The position numbers were made by a program, and so were the translations under genes. Below, in pieces: positions 48,274 to 60,700 of a stretch of DNA of 64,000 bases. The first letter of the stretch is position 1. Each line of letters opens with the position of its first letter. The notes below the pieces were generated by a model that had not been told where the DNA came from, searched no databases, and was given only the letters and a program-made list of their open reading frames with translations. Source of the DNA: a virus; IMG/VR virus record IMGVR_UViG_3300025732_000019; one strand, given 5' to 3'.

Positions 48274-49701
48274 TTAGACGGCACCGTCGGAGACGCATCC
48301 AGCACCGTAGCGTGCTTGTGATAAATTGGCGGCGGTATATGCAGCCGTCGCGCCTGTACTAAAAGTGATGCGGTCAGCAGTAGTAACAATCGTACCAGAA
48401 GTTCCACCTAATGCATACCCATACACGTTACCATCTGAAACTCCAGACATCACATATCGTGCGAGTGATAGATTCGCGGCCGTATAGGCGGCCGTAGCAC
48501 TTGTGCTAAATGTGGTGCGGTCTGCGGTAGCGACCGATGCCCCTGTTTCACCACCGAGTGTATATCCGTACGTAGCGTTATCGGATACGCCTGTTAAATT
48601 GGCACGGGCTTGAGATAAATTACTTACGGTACTGGCAGCGGTAGCACCGGTGCTAAACGTTGTGCGATCGGCTGGGGCCACATAACCGGGAGAGCCACTG
48701 TAACCACCCATAGCATATCCGTATACCGAACCATCCGATAAGCCGGATAAATTACTTCGTGCTTGTGATAAATTACTCACCGTACTCGCGGCGGTGACAC
48801 CAGAAGTAAATGTAATACGTTCAGCAGTTACAACGTGCCAGCCACTACTTCCCCCCATTGTATAGCCATACACGGCCCCATCAGAAATACCCACTAGTGC
48901 TTGACGACCTTGCGATAGGTTACTAACGGTGCTGGCCACCGTCACGCTGGTAGCAAAAGTAATACGGTTCGCGGTCGTAACATATACACCAGAGTTTGTC
49001 GCGCCACCAGCAATATAACCGTACACAGAGGTGTCAGAAACGGCGGCCGGATAATAACTTGTATATGTTAGATTACTGACAGTACTGGCAGCCGTCGCAC
49101 CCGTGCTAAAGGTAATACGATCTCCCGTAGCAGCATACGCACCCGAATATCCACCTAACGCATACCCATACACCGCCGACACATTCTCTGACTGCTCATC
49201 TTCTCGCTTGTTGCCAATGTTGATATACAACTGCGTGGTCGAGACTGCGATTCCGACCGGCAGTGGATGTAAGGGTTTGGTGGCGGTAATCGCCCCTGCG
49301 GTACTTCCCGCATAGTACATCGCCCCTGCCGTTAACCCCACGAACCCCGAGACAATACCACTCGTTTGAATGTTGACGTTCGCACCTGCGGACGCCCCTG
49401 CCAATGCAACCCCCGCGAAGAACGCTTGGGTGCTCTTGACCAGCACATCCGCATCCATCTTATAGACACGCCCTGCGGTACCACTTGTCAGCGCGGGTTC
49501 CACATACACCGCATCTAACGCCGCAAGTGTTTCGCCTGCGACCAGCGGTACCGCAAACGCTTGGGTCGTCACCGTATTCGATAGCGTAATCCCACTCGAC
49601 GTGACAACGGTATTGACGCTACTGTTGCCAAACGACATCGACACGACGTTGGCCGTGACCGTGTTCGAGAGTGCGTCGTTTTCGAGTTTGGTGATCGCCA
49701 T
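48274..49701 (-). CDS. Kelch-like beta-propeller virion protein B
   Basis: Paralog of A with the same GTAGRVYKMDADVLVKS domain. Confidence 0.7.
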   Translation of the reverse strand: MAITKLENDALSNTVTANVVSMSFGNSSVNTVVTSSGITLSNTVTTQAFAVPLVAGETLAALDAVYVEPALTSGTAGRVYKMDADVLVKSTQAFFAGVALAGASAGANVNIQTSGIVSGFVGLTAGAMYYAGSTAGAITATKPLHPLPVGIAVSTTQLYINIGNKREDEQSENVSAVYGYALGGYSGAYAATGDRITFSTGATAASTVSNLTYTSYYPAAVSDTSVYGYIAGGATNSGVYVTTANRITFATSVTVASTVSNLSQGRQALVGISDGAVYGYTMGGSSGWHVVTAERITFTSGVTAASTVSNLSQARSNLSGLSDGSVYGYAMGGYSGSPGYVAPADRTTFSTGATAASTVSNLSQARANLTGVSDNATYGYTLGGETGASVATADRTTFSTSATAAYTAANLSLARYVMSGVSDGNVYGYALGGTSGTIVTTADRITFSTGATAAYTAANLSQARYGAGCVSDGAV

Positions 49702-49708
49702 CGGTTAG

Positions 49709-50968
49709 TTAGACGTACACGACCCCTGTCTCTCGGTCGCGGTGTTCGCAGCGAATCGACGTATCGCACCATAGCGTATACCCCGCATCGCGTGCCTTTT
49801 GACTAAAGAAACTATCCTGTGTGAGTTGCCCTGTGGTGACAAACCACGGCATCTCAATATGCTTGAACACGTCGGTCTTGATCAACGTGCAGCCCATCGG
49901 CACCGTGTAGAGTTCCACCAACCCATTCGTCGCATCGGGATTATCCAGCGTCTTGCGCTTCCCGTTCTCTAGCACGATGGGCACGCCGACACGCGGCCCC
50001 GGCTGACGCTTCGGATACCAGCCACACACGATATCCGTGTCGTGCGCCAATAAGCGTTCAATCGCATCCAGCGGCGGGAACGTATCGTCTTCGATGCACA
50101 TCAGATGCGTGGCGCCCTCGCGAATCGCTTGCAACACCGCTTCGGTATACCCACGGTCGATGGTCATCCCGTGAATGCAATGACGCCGACGTTCGACGGT
50201 CGCAGGAATGCTATACGGGCGCTCCAGTGCCGGCACCGTCTCCGGCTGCGTTTCACTCGCCGTCAGCGTCACGATGAGCATACGCTGTTTGCCGGTTTCC
50301 AAGTAGCGTCGCTGCACGGCTGCCACATCATCCGCCGCAGGTTGTGCGAGGAACCGATCTTCCGTCTTGATGATGTCGTCAATGCGCGAGGCAGGCAGTT
50401 TCAACGCTTCTGTGGGTGACGGCAGCGCCAGTGGTGACAAGTCGATCTCTCGCAACGCTTCCAGATTGCCGGGGCCGATTCCCAACTGACGTGACTGCTG
50501 CTCCTGCAAGGCTTGGCGCGTCAAGCGGTTCTGCCAATATTCGACCTGTGACGCATCCAGTTCATCGCGAGAGTAGCGTTTGCCGTAGTTTTTGTAGATC
50601 GCATAGAGCGACTGGAACTCACGAATCGCGCCGAGCATTGCTCGATCTTGTGCTTCCAGATCGATATGCTTGAGTTTTGCATTGAGCAATGACTTGGGTG
50701 TGTTTTCTTTTTCGAGTTCGTCGATTTCGATCTGAATGAGTTCCGAGTTGATCTTGGCGCGTCGAATATCATCATACTTGATTTGCAATTCCAAGACGCA
50801 TTGCGCCCAGCCTTGGGCGGGATGATCCATCGCTTGCGCACCGACCACGAAGCGTTTCAGCACTTCGGGGGTGCGTGCCATCTGAATTGCGTCAAAATCT
50901 TCTAACAGTTCCTGCTGACGCACATTACGTTCAATCGTCGCTAACGCTTCAGTCATCGTGTGTTCCAT
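49709..50968 (-). CDS. Coiled-coil protein with C-terminal GT-A (GT2-like) glycosyltransferase domain
   Basis: THLMCIEDD (DxD-like), DIVCGWY, PMGCTLIK..VFK, PWF, QDSFFSQKA...GY.LWCDTSIRCEH. Confidence 0.7.
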   Translation of the reverse strand: MEHTMTEALATIERNVRQQELLEDFDAIQMARTPEVLKRFVVGAQAMDHPAQGWAQCVLELQIKYDDIRRAKINSELIQIEIDELEKENTPKSLLNAKLKHIDLEAQDRAMLGAIREFQSLYAIYKNYGKRYSRDELDASQVEYWQNRLTRQALQEQQSRQLGIGPGNLEALREIDLSPLALPSPTEALKLPASRIDDIIKTEDRFLAQPAADDVAAVQRRYLETGKQRMLIVTLTASETQPETVPALERPYSIPATVERRRHCIHGMTIDRGYTEAVLQAIREGATHLMCIEDDTFPPLDAIERLLAHDTDIVCGWYPKRQPGPRVGVPIVLENGKRKTLDNPDATNGLVELYTVPMGCTLIKTDVFKHIEMPWFVTTGQLTQDSFFSQKARDAGYTLWCDTSIRCEHRDRETGVVYV

Positions 50969-50988
50969 TGTCTACTCCATCATTAAAG

Positions 50989-51345
50989 TTAGAACGGGGT
51001 GGCAGAAAGAGGTCGGGTAATCTCTAATGTGTCGGTCAAGGATGCGGGGCCGAGATATTGTTCGGGGGCATCGGGGGTCGCACTCCGCACCAGCGAGTTG
51101 GTCGGCACGACACGTTCCACGATGCCCAGTATATCCGATTCGGTGAGGGGCTGCACGCCAAACATGACCAGCGACCGCAGGGCATTGTCGATCTGTTCTT
51201 GTGTGCCGCTCAACCGACCGCGATAGCGACCATTTTCCACATAGTAGCCTCCATCAAAATTGACCCCGAGTGGAACGAGTGTTTCATAGGGTTGCAGACC
51301 ACTACCGTTGAGCACGACAAGTGAATATTCGATCCATTGAGACAT
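50989..51345 (-). CDS. Hypothetical late protein
   Basis: Late promoter at 51362, GAGG RBS. Confidence 0.6.
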   Translation of the reverse strand: MSQWIEYSLVVLNGSGLQPYETLVPLGVNFDGGYYVENGRYRGRLSGTQEQIDNALRSLVMFGVQPLTESDILGIVERVVPTNSLVRSATPDAPEQYLGPASLTDTLEITRPLSATPF

Positions 51346-51376
51346 AGAAAACCTCTAGGAGTATTTAGGTGTGATG

Positions 51377-52900
51377 TTAGACGGCACCGTCGGAGAGGGT
51401 ATTGGAAATGCCTCTTGCTGCTGGTAAATTACTGGCCGTAGCGGCCGCCAACACGGAAGTACTAAACGTAATCCGATCTGTGGTTGTGACATGATTTCCA
51501 CCACCCGTGTCGCCTCCACTGATATACCCATACACATTTCCATCGGAGACCCCTGCCAACAACGCCCGTGCCGATGACAAGTTTGCACTGGTTAAGGCCG
51601 CAGTTGCACCAGTGCTAAAGGTTGTACGATCCCCTGTTGTTACAGGAACTATTGATGTGTTATACCCACCGCACGTATAGCCGTAAGTAGCCCCATCAGA
51701 AACCGTGGCAATATCTGATCGGGCTACTGATAAATTACTGATCGTCGATGCGGCAATTGTTGCTGTGCTAAAGGTGATGCGATCCGACGTGCTCACACCA
51801 CCCGCCACACCGCCCGATGTAGAACCGCCCATCGTATAACCATAGGTCGCACCATCCGATAATCCTTGTGCCAAGCGCCCGGTACGAGCAGTTGAGAGGG
51901 TGGCACTAATTGCAGCGGAAATACCTGTGCTGAATGTGCGACGTTCGACGGATGATAAGACGGTAAAGGCAGAGTTATATCCACCGAGCACGTAGCCATA
52001 GACCGCTCCATCACTCAGCGAATAATGATTATATCTGGCGGCGGTGAGGGCCCCCACTGCATAGGCCGTCGTGACACTTGTTGCAAAGGTGGTGCGGTCA
52101 CACGTCGCTACGACGACCGATGAGTTGTACCCCCCATTGGTATAGCCATACACGGAAGCATCCGATGGACCACTTAACGAAAACCGCGCCTCAGAAAGAT
52201 TATTCACCGTGGAGGCGGCATACGCACCTGTGCTAAAAGTAATACGGTCGGCTGTTGCGAGATAGGCACCCGTATATCCACCCAGTTGATACCCATACAC
52301 CGCCGACACATTCTCCGACTGCTCATCTTCTCGTTTGCGACCGGTATTGATCAGGAGTTGTGTGGTCGAAATCGCAATGCCGACTGGTAATGGATGCAAG
52401 GGCTTGGTCGCCGTGATTGCTCCTGCGGTGCTGCCCGCATAATACATTGCGCCCGTCGTCAATCCCGTAAACCCCGACACCACACCCGATTGTTGTACGT
52501 TGACGTTGGCCGCGGCACTCGCACTCGCCAAGGCAAACCCTGCAAAAAAGGCTTGGGAACTCTTGATGAGCACATCCGCATCCATCTTATAGACGCGACC
52601 AGCGGTGCCGCCTGTCAAGGTGGGTTCCACATAGACCGCATCGAGCGCCGCGAGTGATTCACCCGCTACCAACGTCGTCGCAAATCCGGTCGGGGACGCC
52701 ACCACACCCGAGACGGCCCCTGTAATGCTACTACTGGTAATGACGGTATTGACGGTGCTGTTGCCAACAAAGACGGCTGAGGTATTCAGCGAAACGTTTG
52801 CGCCCGCGTAGAACGTCGCCGCATTCACCGATGCGGTAGTTGTGAGGGTGTTTGCGGTGACGTTTCCGAGGGAGGGGCCCTCTAACCGTTGGAGGGGCAT
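51377..52900 (-). CDS. Kelch-like beta-propeller virion protein C
   Basis: Paralog with six repeats, ends SDGAV. Confidence 0.7.
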   Translation of the reverse strand: MPLQRLEGPSLGNVTANTLTTTASVNAATFYAGANVSLNTSAVFVGNSTVNTVITSSSITGAVSGVVASPTGFATTLVAGESLAALDAVYVEPTLTGGTAGRVYKMDADVLIKSSQAFFAGFALASASAAANVNVQQSGVVSGFTGLTTGAMYYAGSTAGAITATKPLHPLPVGIAISTTQLLINTGRKREDEQSENVSAVYGYQLGGYTGAYLATADRITFSTGAYAASTVNNLSEARFSLSGPSDASVYGYTNGGYNSSVVVATCDRTTFATSVTTAYAVGALTAARYNHYSLSDGAVYGYVLGGYNSAFTVLSSVERRTFSTGISAAISATLSTARTGRLAQGLSDGATYGYTMGGSTSGGVAGGVSTSDRITFSTATIAASTISNLSVARSDIATVSDGATYGYTCGGYNTSIVPVTTGDRTTFSTGATAALTSANLSSARALLAGVSDGNVYGYISGGDTGGGNHVTTTDRITFSTSVLAAATASNLPAARGISNTLSDGAV

Positions 52901-52903
52901 AGG

Positions 52904-54379
52904 TTAGACGGCCCCGTCAGAGATACCTGTGGATCCAAAACGTGCCTGTGAGAGATTTGCCGCGGTATAGGCAGCGGTAGCTCCCGTGCTGAAAGTCGTG
53001 CGGTCTGCGGTGGTCACGCCGGCACCCGTGTTTCCCCCTAATACATACCCGTATGTAGCCCCATCGGAGAACGAAGACCCAGACGAAAAACGTGCTTGTG
53101 AGATGTTGGCGGCGGTAAAGGCTGCGGTGACACTGGTACTGAACGTAATGCGGTCGGCGGTGACGACTGGCACGCCGGTGTTTCCCCCTAACACATATCC
53201 ATAAACAGCACCATCAGAAAGACCACCACTGTCACCGCGTCCTTGTGATAGATTAGCCGCAGTATATGCGGCACTAACACCCGTACTAAAGGTGACGCGA
53301 TCCGAACCCGCCCATATTGCAGTAGTATATCCTCCAACAACATATCCATATACAGAACCATCGGAGATATCCGTAGCATCACTACGAGCGGATGAGAGAT
53401 TACCTGCGGTATAGGCTGCGGTCGAACTCGAACTAAAGGTGATGCGATCTGTCGTCACAACGGTTACACCCGACCACCCGCCCAAGACGTATCCATATAC
53501 CGCACCATCGGAAAGACCTTGCATATAGTTGCGGGCCAGTGAGATGTTGGCGGCTGTCCATGCGGCGGTGACACCACTACTAAATGTCACGCGATCTGTT
53601 GTTGTCGTGTAGGTCGAGGAAATTCCACCCAACGCATAGCCGTACACGGAAGCATCGGAGCATCCCGCCAAAAGATTACGTGCTTGTGTTAGATTACCCG
53701 TCGTATAAGCTGCGGTGGCCCCCGTAGCAAACGTTGTACGGTCAGTTGTTGCGACAGCAGCACCAGTAGACCCGCCCAACACATACCCGTACACCGCACC
53801 ACGTTGTTCCTGTTCGCGTTTGACGCCAGTATTGATGAGCAGTTGTGTCGTGGAAATCGCAATCCCGACTGGTAGCGGATGGAGCGGTTTCGTGGCGGTG
53901 ATCGCCCCCGCCGTGCTACCGGCATAATACACGGCACCCGTGGTCAATCCAACAAATCCCGATACCACGCCACTGATCTGCACTGCGACATTCGCCGCAG
54001 CACTCGCCGATGCTAACGCAAACCCCGCAAAGAACGCTTGCGAACTTTTCACCAAGACATCCGCATCCATCTTATAGACACGACCGGCGGTACCACTGGT
54101 TAGGGTCGGCTCAATGTACACCGCATCCAGCGCCGCCAGTGATTCTCCAGCGACCATGGTCACCGAATAGCCATTCGCCACCACCGTATTCGCGGAGGCG
54201 ACACTGCTTGAGGTAATGGTGAAGTTGACAGTACTATTCCCGACGAACACCGCAGACGTGTTCATATACACATTGGCGCCCGCATAGAACGTGGCGGCAT
54301 TAACGGTGTTACTACTCACCGTCACATTGTTTGCAGTGACGTTTCCGACGGATGGGCCTTCAATTTTTGTCAGTGGCAT
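52904..54379 (-). CDS. Kelch-like beta-propeller virion protein D
   Basis: Paralog with six repeats, ends SDGAV. Confidence 0.7.
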   Translation of the reverse strand: MPLTKIEGPSVGNVTANNVTVSSNTVNAATFYAGANVYMNTSAVFVGNSTVNFTITSSSVASANTVVANGYSVTMVAGESLAALDAVYIEPTLTSGTAGRVYKMDADVLVKSSQAFFAGFALASASAAANVAVQISGVVSGFVGLTTGAVYYAGSTAGAITATKPLHPLPVGIAISTTQLLINTGVKREQEQRGAVYGYVLGGSTGAAVATTDRTTFATGATAAYTTGNLTQARNLLAGCSDASVYGYALGGISSTYTTTTDRVTFSSGVTAAWTAANISLARNYMQGLSDGAVYGYVLGGWSGVTVVTTDRITFSSSSTAAYTAGNLSSARSDATDISDGSVYGYVVGGYTTAIWAGSDRVTFSTGVSAAYTAANLSQGRGDSGGLSDGAVYGYVLGGNTGVPVVTADRITFSTSVTAAFTAANISQARFSSGSSFSDGATYGYVLGGNTGAGVTTADRTTFSTGATAAYTAANLSQARFGSTGISDGAV

Positions 54380-54402
54380 AACGCTCTACAGACCGCGATG
54401 AA

Positions 54403-54735
54403 CTACGTCAGTTCGAGAATGCTCATCACCGCATCGACACTACTTGCGGTGTTCGATTTGACTTTGACACTATCGTTCGTCACCAGCACAATTTTCTGGT
54501 CACCACCACTTACTACCAACGACGCGCCCGGCAACACCGGCGCACCTTTGATGAGGTAGGTGTCATTGGTGCCGTCATTCAGGCTAATATCGACTTCCAC
54601 CGTCGCGGCGCTGATGTTCGCGACCGACAACCCGATGACTGTGGTTTGAGTGGAAGCGCCCACCGTATAACTGCCGACAGCGGTGAGGGTGGTGCCGATG
54701 CTACGTGAAAGTTTTCGCGAAAATGTGCTTGCCAT
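54403..54735 (-). CDS. Small virion structural protein
   Basis: All-beta TTVIGLSVAN...KIVL...SVDAVMSILE protein following a fibre ending AAIALG. Confidence 0.65.
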   Translation of the reverse strand: MASTFSRKLSRSIGTTLTAVGSYTVGASTQTTVIGLSVANISAATVEVDISLNDGTNDTYLIKGAPVLPGASLVVSGGDQKIVLVTNDSVKVKSNTASSVDAVMSILELT

Positions 54736-54744
54736 ACGTGTGTC

Positions 54745-57700
54745 TTATCCTAATGCAATTGCTGCAACAATGGGATCAAGCGAAACCGCAGTGACGGGTG
54801 TTCCGCTTATAGTTATGCTTCCTGCGGTGATGACAGTATTCACACTGCTATTTCCGACGAAGTGTGCCGTCGCGTTGAGATACACATTCGCACCAACGGC
54901 CATCGTCGTCGTATTGACGACCGTGTTCACGGTGCTGTTGCCTGTGATCAGCGATACCGATGTGTGAATGCTATTCTGTGTTGAGTTGCCAACAAAATAT
55001 GACGACGTATTGACAGCAACGTTACTGCCCACCGATAGAACGGTGGTGTTTGTCTGCACCGTATTCGATGACAGGAACACCGCTGAGTTGACGTTCAGGT
55101 TGCCTTCTGTTTTCGCACCGAGATACGACGCACTGTTAACGTTTAGGGCCCCTTCAAGTTTTCCGAATGCATACGTCGTGTTGTTTGCATTGATTGCGGA
55201 GTTGACATTGAGATCGCCTTCGGTTTTTCCGAATGCATATGTCGCATTGTTTGCGGTACCTGCGGTCGTCGCGTTGTTGACGTTCAGGTTGCCTTCGGTT
55301 TTTCCAAACGCATACGTCGCATTGTTTGCGGTACCCGAATAGGCGGTTGCGGTCAATGTACCGCTACCGATACTGATCTGCGATGAGTTCGTCACAACGT
55401 TGACGCTGCTGTTGCCCACCAACAGTGCCGATGTATTTGCCACGACATTTGCGCCGACAGCCAGTACGGTACTGTTCGTCGTGACGGTATTTCCAGAGAG
55501 GAATACCGCACTATTAACGTTCAGGTTGCCTTCCGTTTTGCCATACGCGTATGTTGCGTTGTTGACGTTGAGGTCGCCTTCGGTTTTTCCGAACGCATAT
55601 GTCGCATTGTTTGCGGTACCTGCGGTCGTCGCGTTGTTGACGTTCAGGTTCCCTTCCGTCTTCCCGTACGCGTAGGTCGCATTATTCGCTGTGACCGCGG
55701 AGTTGACATTCAGGTTGCCTTCGGTTTTTCCAAACGCATACGTCGCATTGTTCGCGGTGCCAGAATACGCCGTCGCGGTGAGGGTGCCCGCACCAATACT
55801 GATCTGCGATGAGTTGGTGACGACGTTGACACTACTGTTCCCGATCAAGAGCGCAGAGGTGTTTGCAATGACGTTCGCACCAACAGCCAGCACCGTGCTG
55901 TTTGTCGTGACGGTGTTCCCTGACACGAAAACGGCGCTGTTGACGTTCAGGTTGCCTTCACTCTTCCCAAATGCGTAGGTGCTGTTGTTCGCAGTACCCG
56001 CCGATGTGGCAGAGTTGACGTTGAGATCGCCTTCACTCTTTCCGAACGCGTACGTGCTATTGTTCGCCGTGACAGCGGAATTGACATTCAGGTTGCCTTC
56101 ACTCTTCCCATACGCGTACGTGCTGTTGTTCGCACTGACAGCACTATTGACGTTCAGGTTGCCTTCACTCTTCCCGAATGCGTAGGTCGCGTTATTCGCG
56201 GTACCTGCGGTTGTTGCATTATTGACGTTGAGGTTGCCTTCGGTCTTGCCAAATGCATACGTCGCATTGTTTGCGGTGATGTTGGTGTAGGTGCCCGAAA
56301 GCCGCGCATCCGGTACGGTACCCGTAGACAAGGCCGATGCATTGATGCCAGTCGTGCTGCCGCTATGAATGACGACTTGTGAGGTGGAGTTCCCCACATA
56401 CGCATTGCCTTTGAGATACAGATCGCCCGTATCTCCTGTCAAGCTCATCAGCGCGACTTCGCCTTGATTTTCCCACAAGAAGCCTTCGGAATTCAAACTT
56501 CCTGAACGACTGCGCACGTGCCATCCGGAGCGACTATCGATACTACTCGCAGCGACTCCGTTCGCTAATGACTTCGAGGCACCAGCTTGACTGAGATACA
56601 TACCCCAATTGGGGTCGGTTTCTGTCCAGAAGAAGATACCGCGTGTAGATGTACCATCGACGCCATTCTGAATGACCAGCTTCGATCCCGCATTTGCGGT
56701 GAGCACGCCGGTGAACGTTTTACTACCCGCAAAGCTCTGCGTCGTGGTATCGACGACACCATTGACGGTGGTGTTTGCGGAGGCCAATCGAGCCGCAGGT
56801 ACGGTGCCCGTTGAGATCGCAGACGCATTGATACCCGTCGTGCTGGTCGTCAGCAATACATTCGCGGAAAGTTGTGCTTCCGGAAGTGTGCCTGTCGTAA
56901 TGTTGCTGGCGTTCGTGTAGTAGGAACCCGGCTGGCTATTGAGGTTCGTCGCGTTCGATGCTTGCGACGCACTATTGACATTTAGATTCGCTTCACTCTT
57001 GCCAAACGCATACGTCGCATTGTTCGCGACCAGTGCGCTGTTGACGTTGAGATTGCCTTCTGTCTTGCCGTACGCATACGTGCTGTTGTTTGCGGTACCG
57101 GAAATGTCGATACCGTACGTACCAGACAACCGTGTATTGGCGAGCGTGCCACTACTGATATTCGTCGCATTCGTGGTGTCTACAGACGAATACGTCACCG
57201 TGCGCGAGGCCGCATTGATGTCAACCGTGGTGCCGCCAGACGCCGCGAAGTTGACTTGCGTATTCGAGAAGATCAAATTGTCTGATGCGTTTCCGATTCC
57301 CATCGCGACAACACCCACGGTGGCCGCAATGCTAATGGTGCCGTTTCCGTTGGTGATCGCAATATTCTCACCAGCAGTGAGTGTTGAGAGATTGAATGCG
57401 GATGAGTTACCGATGAGCAGCGCACCGTTTGTCGGCAGCGTGTCGCTAATCGCATTCAGCGACGTCGCGGCCATCGACGTAAGGTGGTAGTATTGACCTG
57501 TCGTACCACCCTGCAATCCGGCTAATGCGTTGTGGTTCGTGACCGGAGAGACGGCAAAGTCTGTCCGGAACGACGCAACGGTAATCGTGTTGCTGCCTTG
57601 TTGCGCAATGACTTGTCCGACAAGAATCGCTAATCCATCGATTTCAGACGGCAGCGACGACGGCACGGGCGCGACCGCCGCTTCCGCAGAAGTCTGGAAT

Positions 57701-60700
57701 TGTGTATTACCGTATACGACAACGAGATAGGAATTGCCAAGAATACCATCCGGCACCAAATACACATAGTCAGTGCGATACCGGTTATTCGACAATGCCG
57801 TCAGCGTACCGGCGTTATCATACTGCGTATTGCTGATGGTTTTACTGTCCGCTGTATATGTCCACGCGCTTCGATTATAGTAGTAGCGGAAGACGTTGTT
57901 GCTGTTAGTGCCCGCAATCGACGTATCGAAGGATGGGTGTGCGACAGGCGTCAGACCGTAATAGAACTTACCCTCGGTCAATGTGATGTATGTCGCTGTT
58001 CCGTTGCCAATACGGCTGCCGCCTGTGGCATGCGTGAACGGGCCATATTTGTATCCGTCACTCAGCACCAATAAGTCATCAACCTTAGTGCCGACATCCA
58101 CATTTTGGCTAGTTGCATCAATACCGACAATCTCACTATCCCGTCGTGAGAGCACATACAGCATTGTTTGTGTGTGCCCGTTGATATCATCTGGCGCGGT
58201 GGAGGTTGTAAAGATGGGCGACCCGCCGTTGTAATCCGCATGCACATAATTGACGTCGTTATTTGTGAGCGTCAGTGTGGCGCCGGGAACAAAATAGACC
58301 GCAAGGTTTGCGTGATCGGTATCTGCAGAACGCAGCATCACTTCCGCATTTGCGAGAGTGACGCTGCCGTTACCGTTATCAACAATACCACCGCCGTAGA
58401 CAAGACCAGACGACCACGCATAGTGAACCCAATCTTGCCCTGTGGTGACAGACGTCACATTTCCAACGGTGTGTAGTGCTGTGTTCGAAAGCGGAAGTTT
58501 CGCAGTCAAGTATACTGCGCTATTGACGTTCAGGTTGCCTTCCGTCTTTCCGTAGGCATAGGTGCTGTTGTTCGCACTGACAGCACTATTGACGTTCAGG
58601 TTCCCTTCCGTCTTGCCATACGCGTAGGTCGCATTATTCGCAACTACCGCGCTATTGACATTCAGATTCGCTTCACTCTTACCAAATGCATACGTCGCGT
58701 TGTTTGCGGTGCCTGCGGTCGTCGCGTTGTTGACGTTAAGGTTGCCTTCCGTCTTACCATAGGCATAGGTGCTGTTGTTCGCAACCAGCGCACTATTGAC
58801 GTTGAGATCGCCTTCACTCTTGCCAAACGCGTATGTGCTATTATTGGCGCTAACGGCACTGTTGACGTTCAGCGCACCTTCAGTTTTTCCATAAGCGTAT
58901 GTTGCATTATTGGCCGTCAATGCGGTGTTCACATGGAGGTCAGATTCACTCTTCCCAAACGCATAGGTGCTATTGTTCGCGGTTCCCGAGAACACTGTGG
59001 AGTTAACACTGGCGTTGACACTGGTGTTCCCGATCACTAACGCACTTGTTGTCAGTGCAACATTTGAACCGACAGTTAGAACCGTCGAATTTGTTTGTAT
59101 CGCGTTGCCTTGCAGGAAGACGGCACTATTGACGTTGAGATTGCCCTCTGTCTTGCCGTATGCGTACGTTGCATTGTTTGCGCTGACCGCACTATTGACA
59201 TCGAGTTGCGCTTCACTCTTGCCATACGCGTAGGTGCTGTTGTTCGCACTGACAGCACTATTGACATTGAGTTGTGCTTCACTCTTTCCAAATGCGTAGG
59301 TGCTGTTATTCGCGTTGATAGCAGAGTTGACGTTGAGGTTGCCCTCACTCTTGCCATACGCGTAGGTGCTGTTGTTGGCACTGACAGCACTATTGACGTT
59401 GAGATTCGCCTCACTCTTGCCAAACGCATAGGTGCTGTTATTTGCACTCAAGGCGCTGTTGACGTTGAGGTTGCCTTCAGTCTTCCCAAACGCATACGTC
59501 GCGTTGTTTGCGGTGCCAGAATAATTGGTGGCCGTCAACGTACCGGAGCCGATACTGATCTGCGATGAGTTCGTCACAACGTTGACGCTGCTGTTGCCGA
59601 CAAGAATTGCAGACGCGTTGACGACAACGTTTGCTCCCACTGACAAGACGCTTGAGTTTGTCTGTGCGAGATTACCAGTCAGGAAAACTGCGTTGTTGAC
59701 GTTGAGGTTTGCTTCGCTCTTCCCGAACGCATATGACGCATTGTTAACGTTGAGCGCACCTTCTGTTTTTCCATACGCATACGTGCTGTTGTTTGCGGTT
59801 AATGCGCTGTTGACATTCAGATCCGCTTCACTCTTACCAAACGCATAGGTGCTGTTGTTCGCGGAGAGCGCACTGTTCACGTTCAAGTTCGCTTCGCTCT
59901 TGCTAAACGCATAGGTCGCGTTGTTCGCAATAACGGCACTATTGACGTTCAGATCGGCTTCGCTCTTCCCAAACGCATAGGTGCTGTTATTTGCACTCAG
60001 GGCACTATTGACGTTGAGGTTGCCTTCACTCTTACCGAATGCATACGTCGCGTTGTTTGCGGTACCGGTATATACCGTGGCATTGACGGTTGCACTGCCA
60101 ATCGCTAACTGCGACGACGTGAGCACCGTATTGACGCTGCTGTTTCCGACACGTACCGCCGAGGTGTTCCCTGTAACATTCGCTCCTAAGGCAAATGTAT
60201 TCGCACTGATATTGCCCAACTTATTGACGGAGAACCGTGAACTGCTATTCAGTTGCAGATCGATCAGTGTCGAATTATCGTTGGCGGTGCTATCGGTGAT
60301 GTTCACCACCAACGCAGAGAACGTGTTGTCGGTTGTCCACGATTGCGTCACGTTGATCGCCGGGAGTGAACCGATCAACGTGTCGGCCGCAATGGTGAGA
60401 CTCGTCAGTGTGCCAATCGCGTTGACATTCGTGTACGCGCCCGCGAGACGACCCGCAGGAAGCGTACCACTGCTCATGTTCGACGCATTGGTATAATATG
60501 CCGCATTCGCACCGCTGAAGAATGCGGTATCGTTTGCACTTCCGGTGATGGTGATTCCGTAGGTGCCGTAGAGTTGATTGTTTGAGAGCGTGCCGGTGTT
60601 GATGTTTGTCGCGTTCTGATAGAACGCCGCGGCCTGACCATTGAAGTATGATGCGTTGTTCGCGGTACCGGTAATGCTGATCGCATAGTTTCCAGACAAC

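Noticed and set aside
46813-54379. Diversity-generating retroelement acting on the propeller paralogs
   Set aside because: No reverse transcriptase or non-coding template repeat seen in the window; differences include indels and do not look adenine-specific
54968-60100. Regularly spaced DNA repeats resembling a CRISPR array
   Set aside because: Repeats are in frame within the 2482-aa ORF, vary at third codon positions and have no unique spacers; no cas operon is present
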